NCBI RefSeq assembly: GCF_006345805.1
Contig: NC_043005.1
Coordinates: 9,486,001-9,550,000 of the forward strand
Direction of reading: 5' to 3'
DNA: 64,000 nucleotides
Source: Octopus sinensis
Taxonomy: Eukaryota
The notes beneath the pieces are model-generated. The model did not search any database, had not been told where the DNA came from, and saw nothing but the letters and a program-made list of their open reading frames with translations. Within the stretch, counting starts at the first letter, position 1. Each line of letters starts with the position of its first letter. Positions 26,705-39,708 of this stretch are shown in pieces. A program made the translations under genes and the position numbers.

Positions 26705-27317
26705 AAAGATTCTTAAATCTGCTGGAAAATTCTTTCATCTTAATTTGTACCTTAGTGGCAGTAGATAGTAACAAATATTTCATCGCAGATAGGTACTAAC
26801 AATAAAGCTGATACTGTGTTTTAAGATATATACGTAGACGTTTGCGGAAAAACTAAGAGAAATAGTCTATAGGCACAGGCGTAGCTGTGTGATAAGAAGC
26901 TTACTTCCGGTTCCGGTTGTTTAGTTTTCTTCACTCACCTGTAGAAGCCGCCACGCTGGTCTGCAGCGGACGAAAGTTGTTTCTGAAAGAGGCTCTGCTG
27001 TAAGGTAAGACTTTTAGCTTTGTGGGTCTAGTTGAGGTACGTTGTTTGTGATATTTATTTTTTGTTCAAGCAAGGAGTTCTCACTGAATTCTGCGCTTTG
27101 GTCTGCCTGCAGTAGAGCATTTTGTTTTTCTCACTTAATTATGAGAATTGCTATTTGGAGGCGTATCCCGCCCCCAAATTTAATTTAATTTGAGAATTGT
27201 GTTATTCTCAATTAATTGTGAGAACTGTTCCTCTTTAATTTCCTGGGATTTTTTAAAAAACAAATTCGAGGAATTGGACAATAATTGTGAGAAGCTGTCT
27301 TCCAGTTGAATGTTTTT

Positions 27318-27548
27318 ATGTGTATGTGTCTTTGTGTCTGTGTTTATCTCCCCAACATCGCTTCACAACTGATGTTGGTGTGCTTAGGTCCCCGTAACTT
27401 AGCGGTTCGGCAAAAGCGACCGATAGAATAAGTACTAGGTTTACAAAGAATAAGTTCTGGGGTTGACTTCTTCGAATAAAATCACTTTAAGGCGGTGCTC
27501 CAAAATGGCGGCAGTCAGATGGCTGAAACATGTAAAGGAATAAAAGAA
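27318..27548 (+). mobile_element. 3' half of SINE D (head fragment at 26871-26910)
   Basis: CCCCGTAACTTAGCGGTTCGGCAAAAG..GGCGGTGCTCC. About 400 bp of unrelated sequence separates it from the head fragment. Confidence 0.8.
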
Positions 27549-28708
27549 TTCGAAAACTTGCACTTTGGGAGACGAATGATATGCCTAAATCTTTTGTGGG
27601 GGAATCAACGAGAGAAAGAAACGATATGAGTATCAGATAGACCTGGATGAAAAAGCCAAGTAGCTATCAAGTCCAGAGACGTTTAAGCCAATATGGTGAC
27701 GTAGAAATCCAGAGGAAATGAAAGTTCCCCTTAGACCGTGTTGTTGCTCGATTTAAACCAGAAATAGCTAATACGGGTTTGTTTGGAGTTTTGTAGAGGA
27801 CAAGCAGTCATTTACGATTAGAATATTTTTCTATTTTCAGACTTTAGCACAAAACTGCATTGCTTTCATCGTATTTGTGATGTTGGAGTTGAAAGCCATA
27901 AAGTGTTCTGTACCAGTGTCAAAGTCATGGTTATTGTACGTTATATGAAAACCTATTTCCTCCAATCCAGATAAACACCTAAAGCGACAAACATATTATA
28001 TTTAACAGTAATACAACCGGGTTTTGGAAACATTGGTCTAACGTAACAAAACGGAAGGCATTGGGTGCTGTTTGATTTGTTTGATTGTAAAGATCATTGA
28101 ATTTGTTCATACTTTGTGACTGCTTGTATGTATTTTGAAAAATAGCGTATCGTAAAAAGAAACGTTTGTACATCTATCTGTTCTGTGCGTGGGTATGCAG
28201 GTCTGACAGCGTGAGTGGGTAAGTGAAGGTATTTATGTGATTGTGTGTGTGTGTGTGCATTTGTTTGTGAGTTTCTGTGTGAGTGTGTGAGTGTGACTAA
28301 TCACGTGTTCAACAGCAGACGGTGACTGAACGTGTACTCAGAGCAGAGAGAGAACGTGAGTGCACCTAACCAATAAAGAATAAAGAATAAAGAGTTTAAG
28401 CGTTTATAATTGGACAAATTAGTCATTTAAAACCTCTTTACACGGGTAACAATATGGAGTGAGAATGGTTTCTACGTTAGTTGATATAACAATAGTTAAG
28501 TTTTCTATTAACAGAAATAAAACCAGCAGAAATGTACGTGGGTTGCTGATTTTCTCTTCAGCTCAGAACAATTATTTACCATCAATGCAGATGCGTCTCT
28601 TGTTTTTTCCTGATAAAATAGATATAGACTCTACATGGTGATATTATTTCCTCTAATAAAGCTGTGAAACTTAATCCACATCACGTTTAACATAAATGTG
28701 TGTGTTTG

Positions 28709-28773
<65 letters not shown>

Positions 28774-29717
28774 TGTGTGTGTATGTGTGTGTGCAGATGT
28801 ATATATATATATATATATATATACGTGTGTATGCATAGGTATATATGTATACGCGTGCGTGAGTGCGTGAGTGCGTATGTTTGAATGTATGCATGAATAT
28901 ATACTATGTAATATGTATGTATGTATTTATGTATACACACTCATGCATACATACATAATCGCACATACACAAATATACAAAACCAGAGATATACGCGTAG
29001 CGAAACGCATAGATATATACACAGATAGACAAATATGGTAGGAAAAGTTATCGTATTCTTTTAAACTTGTTCTAAAATAAATTTGAAGACCTATCCTCCA
29101 GAGAAAACTGAAGTATTGCTATATACAGACATAGAGGCGACTGCTTAGGAAACTGAATTGCCGTATTGTCCTAAGAGCAATCAATATTTAAATGGCAGTA
29201 TAAATATAGTGTATGACACGTCTGGTGCCCAATAGTATCTTACTGAACTAGTTTGAATAATTCGTTACTAATGGAAGATAACCTTCTTAACTATATATAC
29301 TTATTATCCTTACAGATGAGATATAAAGGAATCAATCGTAAAATACTCTATTCAAAATTAGGGTCTAGTTAGTTGTATTAAACCCTATGGAGATTTCATT
29401 GCATGGAGTGATACACGGGATCAGATCCTTTTCTTCGTGTCTGATGCAAACGCAATTGAATTAAGATAGCTACAATAGGTTGCTAAGGAAAAATAGCTAA
29501 AGAGAAAGTTTCATCTTATAACAATATATATTGTTGATTTTCTCTAGATTACATAATGGAATCTAAACTTCCTTTGGATCATGGAGTCTATGCGTTTTGT
29601 ATGAGAAAAGAATTTGACCACCGTGAAATTCAGGTCATTAGGTAGAGTAACTGAGTTTGTTTTGTGAATCTCATATTTCTCATTCTCTCTCGCTCTCCCC
29701 CACACTCTCTCTCTCCG

Positions 29718-29774
<57 letters not shown>

Positions 29775-29982
29775 AATTAATATGTGACAATTATACAATA
29801 GCCAAGATAAAACTGTGAGTTTCGGATGCCGAAGTAGAAATCCACAACACCATCGCTTCGGTTATATGACCATCTGAAAAACGCTACGAAATATTAATTT
29901 ACAGATCAGTTTCCTCTATTTACATAATATTGAAGTCTCTTTCTTTCTTTTGTTATCTTACTGTTTTTACCAATACATATAC

Positions 29983-30047
<65 letters not shown>

Positions 30048-30401
30048 TGTGTGTGTATATGTATATATATATATATATATTATATATATATATATTATAT
30101 ATATATATATATATATACAATGAAGGGTGAAATTAATTAATTTGGAACAATTATCAATTACACCAAGTAGTCTTCGGCATGTAAAAGCCTCATTCGAGGA
30201 AAATTTAAGTAATACTAAGCAATTAAGTGTTTAGCAACGAATTGCCTTACCACACACCGAATTTAGAAATAGCAGTCAAAGAGATTATAGCTATTTCTTC
30301 TACTAAAAGGGAGATCACAGTAAAGGCACAGCATTTGAAAGGCAAACACAAACAGTAAAAGAGAATGAATTAACGGCAATCTATCATACAGTTTTAAGTC
30401 A

Positions 30402-30487
30402 CCTACGGACGTACGTTTCGAGATCAAGTCTTAGGAAGCATAAGAAGATAACTCTACTTACCCAGACTTCTTCTTTCATCAGGCAGG
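30402..30487 (-). ncRNA. Type-I hammerhead ribozyme, unit 1 (1-nt defect in stem I)
   Basis: cctgc-CTGATGA-stem II (aagtc/gactt, extended)-c-GAAA-CGTACG-TC-cgtagg. Confidence 0.6.
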
Positions 30488-30966
30488 ATACAAACAATAT
30501 GAATGATGAATATGAATTTTGAATACTAGAAGGCACCAACTCAATCAGTATCAGAGCGAGCTAGAAGCCACAGCTAGTATCACCAAATTCAAAGTATGAA
30601 TGAAGCTTGTGTCACCAGTCCCTCCCACCAGCGTGTAGCCAAGACAAAGTGCCGTGGTCATTACTGGGATGAATATGGTTTGAGTAACAATGAAGGGTGA
30701 AATTAATTTGGAACAATATCAATTACACCAAGTAGTCTTCGGTATGTAAAAGCCTCATTCGAGAAAAATTAAGTAATACTAAGCAATTAAGGGTTTAGCA
30801 ACGAATTGCCTTACCACACACCGAATTTAGAAATAGCAGTCAAAGAGATTATAGCTATTTCTTCTACTAAAAGGGAGATCACAGTAAAGGCACAGCATTT
30901 GAAAGGCAAACACAAACAGGTAAAAGAGAATGAATTAACGGCAATCTATCATACAGTTTTAAGTCA

Positions 30967-31054
30967 CCTACGGACGTACGTTTCGAGATCAAGTCTTAGG
31001 AAGCATAAGATTAGATAACTCTACTTTACCAACTTCTTCTTTCATCAGCGCAGG
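30967..31054 (-). ncRNA. Type-I hammerhead ribozyme, unit 2
   Basis: Stem I cctgcg/cgtagg (6 bp, one GU), core CUGAUGA and GAAA, palindromic stem III ACGUACGU, GUC cleavage predicted between 30973 and 30972. Caveat: the 10.1-11.1 pair is A-C rather than G-C. Confidence 0.72.
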
Positions 31055-31498
31055 ATACAAACAATCATGAAGATTGAATATTGAATTTTGAGATACTAGA
31101 AGGCACCAACTCACTCAGTTCAGAGAGCGAGCTAGAACCACAGCTAGTATCACAAATTCAAAGTATGAATGAAAGCTTGTGTCACCAGTCCTTCCACCCG
31201 CGTGTAGCCAAGACAAAGTGCCGTGGTCATTTACTGGATGAATATGGTTTATGAGTACAATGAAGGGTGAAATTAATTAATTTGGAACAATTATCAATTA
31301 CACCAAGTAGTCTTCGGTATGTAAAAGCCTCATTCGAGGAAAATTTAAGTAATACTAAGCAATTAAGGGTTTAGCAACGAATTGCCTTTTGCCTTTCAAA
31401 TGCCGTGCCTTTACTGTGATCTCCCTTTTAGTAGAAGAAATAGCTATAATCTCTTTGACTGCTATTTCTAAATTCGGTGTGTGGTAAGGCAATTCGTT

Positions 31499-34400
31499 CT
31501 TGGGAACGTCTCGTCCTTTACTCTTAGTGGGGGATTGGAATGCTACCTTGGACACGCATGTAGACTACGTGGGTAGAGATAGGAATAGACGGGGATGCAA
31601 ATGCCCAGAGACCTGCTCAGACGCTTTCACTGTCTGACAGGTTCCGACTAGACAGCCGAATGCGCCAACGTGGACATGGAGCAACCGCATCGGGTCGTCG
31701 AGATCGTATCTAGATAGATACTGTGTAGGACAGTAGATAGAGATAGCATAGGATGTCCACAATTCCACATAGTCAGCTACACGGATCACAAACTTGTGAC
31801 ATGTACGCTAGACTTAGGTAAGACACTTAGCAGGGTCCCGGATACTGGAAACTAAACGCGTCTTTCCCATCGAGACAAGTTTTCAGAGACCGGATTAGCA
31901 CACTAGTAAAGAGGGCTTTGACGGGAGCCATCATCAACAACAAATGGTGGTTTGCCCTCAAGAGAGCAGTAAAAGCAGAAGCGATTAGGTACAGCAAAGC
32001 ACTAGCCATAGATAGAAATAGAGTAGAGGGTGAGCTAGTTAAGAAGCTAGAAGAGGCAATTAGAAGCGGCATCGCATCCGACGTTTTGGCGGCGAGGTTG
32101 GCCCTCGACCAACACTTCAACGCCAAACACGAAGGATGTGCTGTCAGAGCTAGGATGCGTGCTCTAAGGAACGAAGGTGTTGGAGCCGCGAGAGAGGCCC
32201 GGGTGGCAGAGGCGCAACAGGGCAACAAAGCCACCATTCGGTCACTGGTAGATGAACAGGGGCGCGAATTGCTCGAGCCAAGTAAAATGTGTGAGGCCTT
32301 TCAGCAGCATTTTGCCCGACTGTTCGGAACGAGTGGAGGGCAAGAACGTAGGGTGGACTTCAGTGCCTACCTACATAGCCTACCACGACTCTCGACAAGA
32401 AAGGCAGGGTGCTGCGAAGGGTGCCATCACGGCGGCGGAATGCGGGAAGCGATGGCAGAATGCTCGAGGGACAAATCACCGGGTTTGGATGGTCTACCCT
32501 ACGAGCTTTACAATTGTATGCCAGACTTGTTTGGAGATCTCTTGGCGGCGGTGTACTGCAACTGGCAGCAAAACGGGAGCATCCTGGTTTTGTGAGCCGA
32601 GGAGCCGTAACACTGCTGAAGAAAGATCTAAACAAGGGAAATGTAATAGATAACTTTAGGCCCATCACTCTGCTTAATGCAGACTTGAAAATTTTGGCCA
32701 AGGTGCTAGCCAAGAGGTTGCGCTTGTCATCGAAAAACTGGTCGACAAGGCGCAAACATGCGCCGTGCCAGCCGGACCATCCATGACAACCTCCATCTGA
32801 TGCGCTACATCATAGACAGGGTAGTTAACGAACCTGGCATGGGTGGGGCCCTGATCAACTTGGATCAATCGAAAGCCTTTGATAGGGTAGACCATCGATA
32901 CTTGGAGGCAGTCCTGAGAGCGGCTGGTTTCGGTCCCGTCTTCCGCGGCTGGATAGCTGCCTTGTACAGAGGCATCCGTTCGGTAATTCGCGTAAATGGA
33001 CATCTATCGAGACCTTCGACATTGCACGTTCGGTCCGTCAGGGATGCCCCCTCTCGGCGCTTCTATACGTATTGACTCTTGAGCCACTACTGCGGAAGCT
33101 GGCGACTCTAAGGGCATCCCGCGAGAATTGGGATGCGGGACGAGCGTGTCTGCATACGCGGACGACGTCACCGTCATAGTGTCTAGCCACGAGCACATCG
33201 AGCTGGTCGGCGAGACACTGAAAAACTACGAAGCGGTGACAGGAGCGAAAATCAACCGGGAAAAGTCAGTGGGCTTGCGACTAGGCACCTGGAGAAGCAA
33301 GCCCATGCCGTCCACCAGCGCCTCCGTCGTGGGACGCTGGACCGACGGCCCGGTTGAGTTGCTCGGGGTCTGGTTTGGTCCGGAGCTCCAAGTGGAGAAG
33401 AACTGGAACGAGATAACGAGTAGGGTGGTCACTCTCGCCCGGCAATGGGCCGAGAGGAAACTGTCCCTAAAAGGTCGAGCGGAGGTGGCGAACACGTACA
33501 TCGCGTCCGTCATCTACTACCGCCTGACCGTCGTACCTTCTCCCGACCCTACCATCACCAAACTACAACGCATCCTCTTTCGCTTCTTGTGGAAAGGATG
33601 CGTCCCGATGGTCAGGCGATCCATTTGCTGTCAACACCCGTTAAAAGGAGGGCTGGGCATGCCGTGGTTGATGATGCGCAGACACGCGCTGAGACTGCGA
33701 CATCTCTGGCTCTATGTAGACGACGGTGAACAGGTGTGGTCGCCGTTTGTGAGGCACGCTTTCCCGCAGCTCGTCTCCATGACCGAACTGCAGTCGTGGA
33801 TCAAAAAGAGGCCGAGGAAGGGCGAATGGCACCGCGAGTGTCGCGTTGCTCTCAAGCAACTCTGCCGTCCTGGGTCGACCTTAAGTGACTTCAACACAAC
33901 CAAAGCATTCTATAGGGGTTTATGGAGGGGAGGTACGACGACGAGCTCGGGGCGAACCTGGACGTCGACGAGGAGTACCTGACCCGCTGTTCAGTGACGA
34001 CTTTCGGGCCAGGGCCCATGGACAACTTCCAGAGATCCCTGGCCTGGCAGTGCTACCGAGAAGCACTACCCGTTCGGATAAGCTCTACAGACACGGCTCG
34101 AGAAACACGGGGCCGACCTGCCCGAGATGCGGTCAGAGCACGAAACCGTTCTGCACGCACTCGTTCAGTGTCCAACAATTCCGACCTGTGGGCTTATGTC
34201 GAACAACTGCTGTCACGTGTGGGACGAGTCGGTTTATCAGCTGAGTCTATCGTCAATATTGTCACGCCTCCTTCCTTCAAACGGGAAGGAAGAGCTATTT
34301 TCATCATCCTTGTGGCTATGGCGAAAGAATGTATCTGGTGGACGCGTCTGAAAGGATTGGAGACAAACACTTTCCTCTCTGGTCAATCTCTCATCAACTT

Positions 34401-34536
34401 CTTCAAGTACCACTTGAAAAGGAAAGTGAGAGTAGAGAGGCAAGTTTTGTCTAGCGAATGTTTTAAAAAAAGATGGGTGAATGTAGCAAGAATGGCACGT
34501 ATGAATGACGAAGCCACCTTGAGCATAGTCCTATGA
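31499..34536 (+). pseudogene. L1/Tx1-clade ORF2 (APE endonuclease C-half, RT, CCHC), frameshifted
   Basis: Motifs LLVGDWNA, TDHKLV, GPGYWKLNAS, KSPGLDGLPYELY, RPITLLNADLKILAK, LDQSKAFDRVDH, VRQGCPLS, YADDVTV, GGLG and CPRCG..ETVLHALVQC across successive frames. Confidence 0.92.
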
Positions 34537-34990
34537 ACCCAGAAATCGAAAACAGAGAGTTGCTTATTTGCAAAAAAAAAAAAAAAAAAAAGAAATATAA
34601 AATGTGACTTCATTGACCGAGGTTACCGTCGTCTTTTCCGTAGGCTTTTCTTTCCACGGGTAAACCTCACCTGTCCTCCCCTTTACACTTCATATTGACA
34701 TTTCTGTGATAACGATCCCTATTGATCAATTTTTTTTTTTTTTCCTCTCCCCTTTTTTTTTTTTTAAGCCCCCCTTTTTTTTGTCCTCTTTCTCTCCTTT
34801 TACGATCCCTTTTGATCGAAACTCCCCTTCCCATTTTTTTTTTTTTTTTTAAACCTTCAAAAGAAAAGCTCTACCTGTAATTTGTTCTATCTGTGTGCAG
34901 CCCTGTGTGGCTAATAAAGAAACATATCTATCTATCTATCTATCTATCTGTCTCTCTGTCTATCTATTTATCTATATATCTATCTATATA
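31499..34990 (+). mobile_element. 5'-truncated L1/Tx1-like LINE with 3' UTR and (TATC)n tail
   Basis: ORF2 stop at 34536, T-rich UTR, AATAAA at ~34913, then (CTAT)n. Confidence 0.85.
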
Positions 34991-35499
34991 GTTATCTATC
35001 TAATTGATCGATCAAAAGGATGATATTCATATCTGCATTAATATGAGAAATACTAAGAATACGAGATACATATGAAACAGCTACAACAGCAATAGCAACA
35101 ACAACAACAACAGCAACGACCGTGACAACGACAAGAACAATAATAGACAGCGGCAGACTGAATTAAATTGCGAAATTAGTTGGAGCTGGAAATTCAAGGA
35201 TACACTCAAACGAGAAATGATATTCACATGAATATATCTATAACTATTGGGAACAGGATTTAGAATTTAGGCCAAAAATCCCCAGCCGCCACTCAGGTGA
35301 TATAAAGAGGAATTAATTGACTTCAAAAGGAGATATCATGAGATGATGACTGTAATAATGGCTTTATTCCTGAACTGAAGAGGCAATAATAGTAATGACC
35401 ATTACATATTGTTACCGGGTTATCCTCTCTGTATTAATGAGGGATTCCGTCGCTTCCAATGCCATTCGGCTACATATGTGTGACTGTGTATATGTGTAC

Positions 35500-35541
<42 letters not shown>

Positions 35542-35544
<3 letters not shown>

Positions 35545-35655
35545 GGCTTACCGAGAATAAGTCCTGGGGTCGATTTGTTCGACTACAGGCGGTGCTCTAT
35601 CATGGCCTCAGTCAAATGACTGAAACAAATAAAAGTACAACAGAATAAAAGAATA
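35542..35655 (+). mobile_element. SINE D 3' fragment
   Basis: CTAGGCTTACCGAGAATAAGTCCTGGGGTCG...TGACTGAAAC. Confidence 0.8.
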
Positions 35656-35716
35656 CGTGTGTGTGTGTGTGTATGTATATCTGTATCAATCTATCTATCT
35701 ATTTCCTTCTTTGCAG

Positions 35717-35808
35717 TTCTTTTAATTGTTTCATTCATTTGACTGCAGCCATGTTGCAGCACCGTCTTTAGTCGGACAAATCGACACTGGGACTTATTCT
35801 TTGTAACC
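35717..35808 (-). mobile_element. SINE D 3' fragment (inverted relative to the previous one)
   Basis: Reverse complement of the same segment. Confidence 0.75.
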
Positions 35809-35863
35809 CATCTTTTGAACATAGAGTTCTGCGTTGAGCGTTTGATACATATACATAAATATA

Positions 35864-35923
<60 letters not shown>

Positions 35924-36021
35924 TATATTCGAAAAAACACCTTTTATCAATTAAAAATGAAAAATTAAATTACACCATCTAAAAATTACATATAATAGAA
36001 ATATTAAATATAAGATAAAAA

Positions 36022-36056
<35 letters not shown>

Positions 36057-36339
36057 TGTATGTATGTATGTATGTATGTATGTATATATATAAAATTACT
36101 GTTAAGAAAAGCTGTGATACGTGGCATTCAGTTCCTTGGCGGATGAATAATGCATTGAATACTAAAAGACGTGTACATAGGACAAGCACAGTAGGACCCT
36201 AATTTGTCATCAGACTTCGATCGAAATACTACTATTTACTTGCATACCTGTAATGATAAGACTGAGAACTTCGCCTATCGAGCAAACAAAACGATACACC
36301 CCCACAAACACATATATATGCACGCATAAACATACCTCA

Positions 36340-37100
36340 GATTCGGCAATGACACCGAGTTCACCCTATTTCCACTCTACCAGTCATTCACTGTGACACC
36401 TGTCTGTGTTCGGATTGTCATTGTTGCACAGGGGCCATCCGGACTCCCGTCTTTGCCATGAACAAGAATTAATCTTCTCTCTACGCTCCTTTGTGCTACA
36501 TGGGCTCAACTCCCCTCCTTTCTTCATCTGACACCTAATTCTCTCTTCATTGATACCAACCCACCCTATCCCACGGACCCTGCCCACCCCCACATCACCA
36601 CTCCTGCCCCACTTCCCCCACACCAACCTCGCCTCATATCACCCAACACCACTCCACACACTCTAGCACTGACCACTTACCAGCACCCACACCATACATC
36701 AGCACCCGCACACCCACATACTATCCTCTGGTCATCCACACACCCACTCGTTACAAGCGCACATCCATACCTTACAAACTCACCCATCCACACATATACA
36801 ATCTCTCATACATACACATGCACGCACACCTTCATTTTGGGATCACCAATACTTTATTATCTCTCCTTTTTTCAACCTATCCTTTCAAACATTTTTCCCA
36901 GCCAGTCACCATGCTTGAATGCTAAATCCACAAATCATTTTCATTCTCTGTTTATTTTCTCTTATTCCTTCCCGTTGAAGAGCGTAGGCTCGAAATGTAA
37001 GAGCATGAAACTAATACACTTCAAACTAAAACACTTCAAACTAATACACTTGATTGTTATTCATACACCTGTCTTCGTCGTTTTTTCTCTGTACATTTTA
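36340..37100 (+). mobile_element. Penelope-like element 3' remnant (GIY-YIG C-terminus plus terminal repeat)
   Basis: 36361-36510 translates as YFHSTSHSL*HLSVFGL...RLCHEQELIFSLRSFVLHGLN, matching the PLE endonuclease HF..GH / R..E..LI..L.T..P.GLN pattern. Followed by the family F motif and (AT)n. Confidence 0.7.
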
Positions 37101-37102
37101 AC

Positions 37103-37137
<35 letters not shown>

Positions 37138-38198
37138 ACGTGTGTGTTTGTGTGTGTGTACACACACGCAAACGCACACGTACCTACACTTATATCATGC
37201 CCACACGAGCACGTACACACGTATATCATGCACACACTAGCACGTACACACTCACAAACACGCACACACAAACACACACATAAACGCACAGACACACGCA
37301 CACACATACGAAGCGCGTGAGAAAGTCACAGAGAGATCGTGCGTGTGCGTACGTGTATTACAGAGAGTGATTGGTTGCGTTAGATGAATATAGATAGTAG
37401 AATGTTTCTAAAGATGAACTGACTGATAAACTGGCAACGAAAAATATATTATTTAGACATTACACTCTGTTCAGACGCCCGCGCTCTGACTCTGACACAA
37501 ACAAATTTTCGCCTTCAAATACGCAAGCATCTAATACAAAGAAGTAACATATAAAATAACGTAAGGAAGATAAATTTTGTGGGGCCAAAGCTTGGTTTAA
37601 TTATTGTTTGACCTCAGTTTAACCTCAGTTCAGCACTCCTGGTAGAGGTCATATTGTTAGAGATTCTCTCGGTGGTGATTTTGGAGAAGATAACCGTGAC
37701 AATATCATCGGCGATAGTGATGGTGGTGGTGGGAGTAAAGTCATAATGAATGTAATAATATTGATGATATATTGCTTACTTATATGGTTGTTGCCTTTCT
37801 TTTTTGTTAATGAAACTCAGAAATAATGACCAAAAGCATTCTAATGATGACTGTAAATTCCATTGTTTACGGAAGTCAAGAACTTTTTTTTTTTTTGAGT
37901 ACCGTGTTAACAGACGTTTGGTTTCTATTTCTAGCTGGTTCAGAGTCCACTTAAGCTTCCCGTTCTGGCTGTTAGAAAACTTCAAGAATGAATGATCTTT
38001 CTGAAAACGAAACTGTTTTTTTTTTTGTGGTGGTTATGATAATGATAATGCTGATGCGATAATGATGGTATCAGTTATGATGTTGTTAATCTCTTTATCT
38101 CTTTAGCGACACCAGGTAATCAGATGCCTCTCTGTTTGTACCAAAGTGCTCTCGTCAACTGCAGTTTCTGAGTGATCAACTAAACTACCAAGTCATTT

Positions 38199-38418
38199 GG
38201 AGGTGAATGGTGCGAGCTAGCATTTCATCCACATTTACGATCTGCTTAGCAGCAGTTCCCACATCTTTATACTCTGAGTTTGAAATTCCGCTGAAGTCGA
38301 CTTCGACTTTTTTCCTTTCGTGCTCGATGAAATAGATACCAGTTGAGTACTGGGGTCGATATAATCGACTTAACGCCTCCAACCGAAATTACTGGCCTTG
38401 TGCCAAAATCTGAAATCA
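38199..38418 (+). mobile_element. Old SINE, group C (alternative tail)
   Basis: gagtttgaaattccgctgaagtcgac...ggggtcgatataatcgact...ggccttgtgccaaaatctgaaa. Confidence 0.75.
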
Positions 38419-38947
38419 GTATTATTTTGTGGGGGAACATTTCTTCATGCTATTCTTGTTGAAATTTTCTCTTCCTGCGTTTTAGAGTTTCAGTCGCAGT
38501 TGGCCAGAAATGTTCTGTCAGAACTAAAATGCTTCTTTACACACTTCACAAAACTCTGAAGTCGAATTAGGAAATAGGGGACACCGGGTCTAGTTGTTAC
38601 ATTTTTAATTCTCTTGCCTTGGTACCCGCATAAATAAACACAACTGAAGTTTTCTCAGATTTAATTAGTAAAACATCTCTGTTTATTGTTATCACCATCA
38701 AAAAACAGAAATTACATAGCCAGGTTATGTAATTAATTAGACAGATTCTAATTAATGAGGTGGTGTCAGCTGTAACAATTTTCCCCGAGTGCAGGGTACG
38801 TTGTGACACTTACTGGGGTGCTTTGTTACAACTGTCGATAACTCGGAATTATGTAAAGAAAAAGTTTAAAATGAATACCTCTTGCTTCTTGCATCTAGGA
38901 GGTATTATTTTAATTAATTAACTGTGCTTTGAACCACCTCATATCCT

Positions 38948-39130
38948 AGCTGTGATACCGTGAGTCCTCATCAGCCAAGTGGATGTGAGAAGCTTGCACA
39001 AAAAGAATACAAAGGCCGCCACGATAAAGTGTGTAAGTATCTTCATTGGATCTTATGCCGTAAATGCCAATATGGAGTAACAGAGGACTGGTGTGAGCAT
39101 GTATTAAGTAAAGTTATACAGGAGGATGGC
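38948..39130 (+). pseudogene. Fragment of an RLE-type non-LTR retrotransposon (R4/Dong-like), knuckle-to-RLE linker
   Basis: SGCEKLAQKEYKGRHDKVCKYLHWILCRK...DWCEH matches the SGC..LA..EY..RHD.V...LHW..WYEH pattern. Confidence 0.65.
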
Positions 39131-39597
39131 GCCCCAACCACGTTTAAAAGACTGAAAAAGTAAAAGACCAATTTGAATTTCTAATAATTTTCCAGCTAAT
39201 CCGGGCACCCTTGTAGCGTGTGTAGAGTATGTTCACCGATACTCGTGCCGAACTGCATATCTTCCTCAGTCAGCTAAACTGCAAAATCACTTCATTTACT
39301 AACTATTACATATCTTTCTATCTAAGTGGAGACTGCAAGCCGTCTCTAACACCCATATCTATCTTGTCCGCTTCACTGAGTTAGAAACTCGTGTGTAAGG
39401 TTCCTTTCAATGTTATCTTTCATTAAATCCTAGTTATAATAATTTTCTCCTCCGCCAAAATTCGGGGACGCAAAATGCTACATTACTAAACTGTTTTCTG
39501 TATGGGGGAAACCCCCCAAATGAAACGAAACTGTCTCTGCTACCTGTGTAGTAACAACATTCTTTGAACATATTTCCATGTGTTTGAGAAATATTTC

Positions 39598-39609
39598 TCT
39601 CTACTACTA

Positions 39610-39650
<41 letters not shown>

Positions 39651-39675
39651 ACTACTACTACTACTGCTGCTGCTG

Positions 39676-39708
<33 letters not shown>

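Larger units (their letters stand above)
30117..31498 (-). mobile_element. ~570-bp tandem unit (2 full, 1 partial, plus a ~110-bp inverted piece); retrozyme or PLE terminal-repeat-like
   Basis: The motif tgaagggtg recurs at 30121, 30691 and 31261. One hammerhead per full unit, abuts (AT)n, inversion at ~31389-31498. A fragment with the same end is at 58895. Confidence 0.75.

Noticed and set aside
29800-29890. Additional hammerhead-like motifs (minus-strand GATG..CATC-CGAAAC; also CGAATGA-GGC..GCC-GAAG near 30175-30200 and the family F GAAGAGC..GCTCGAAAC motif)
   Set aside because: Catalytic core or stems are incomplete. At most they are decayed PLE-type motifs.
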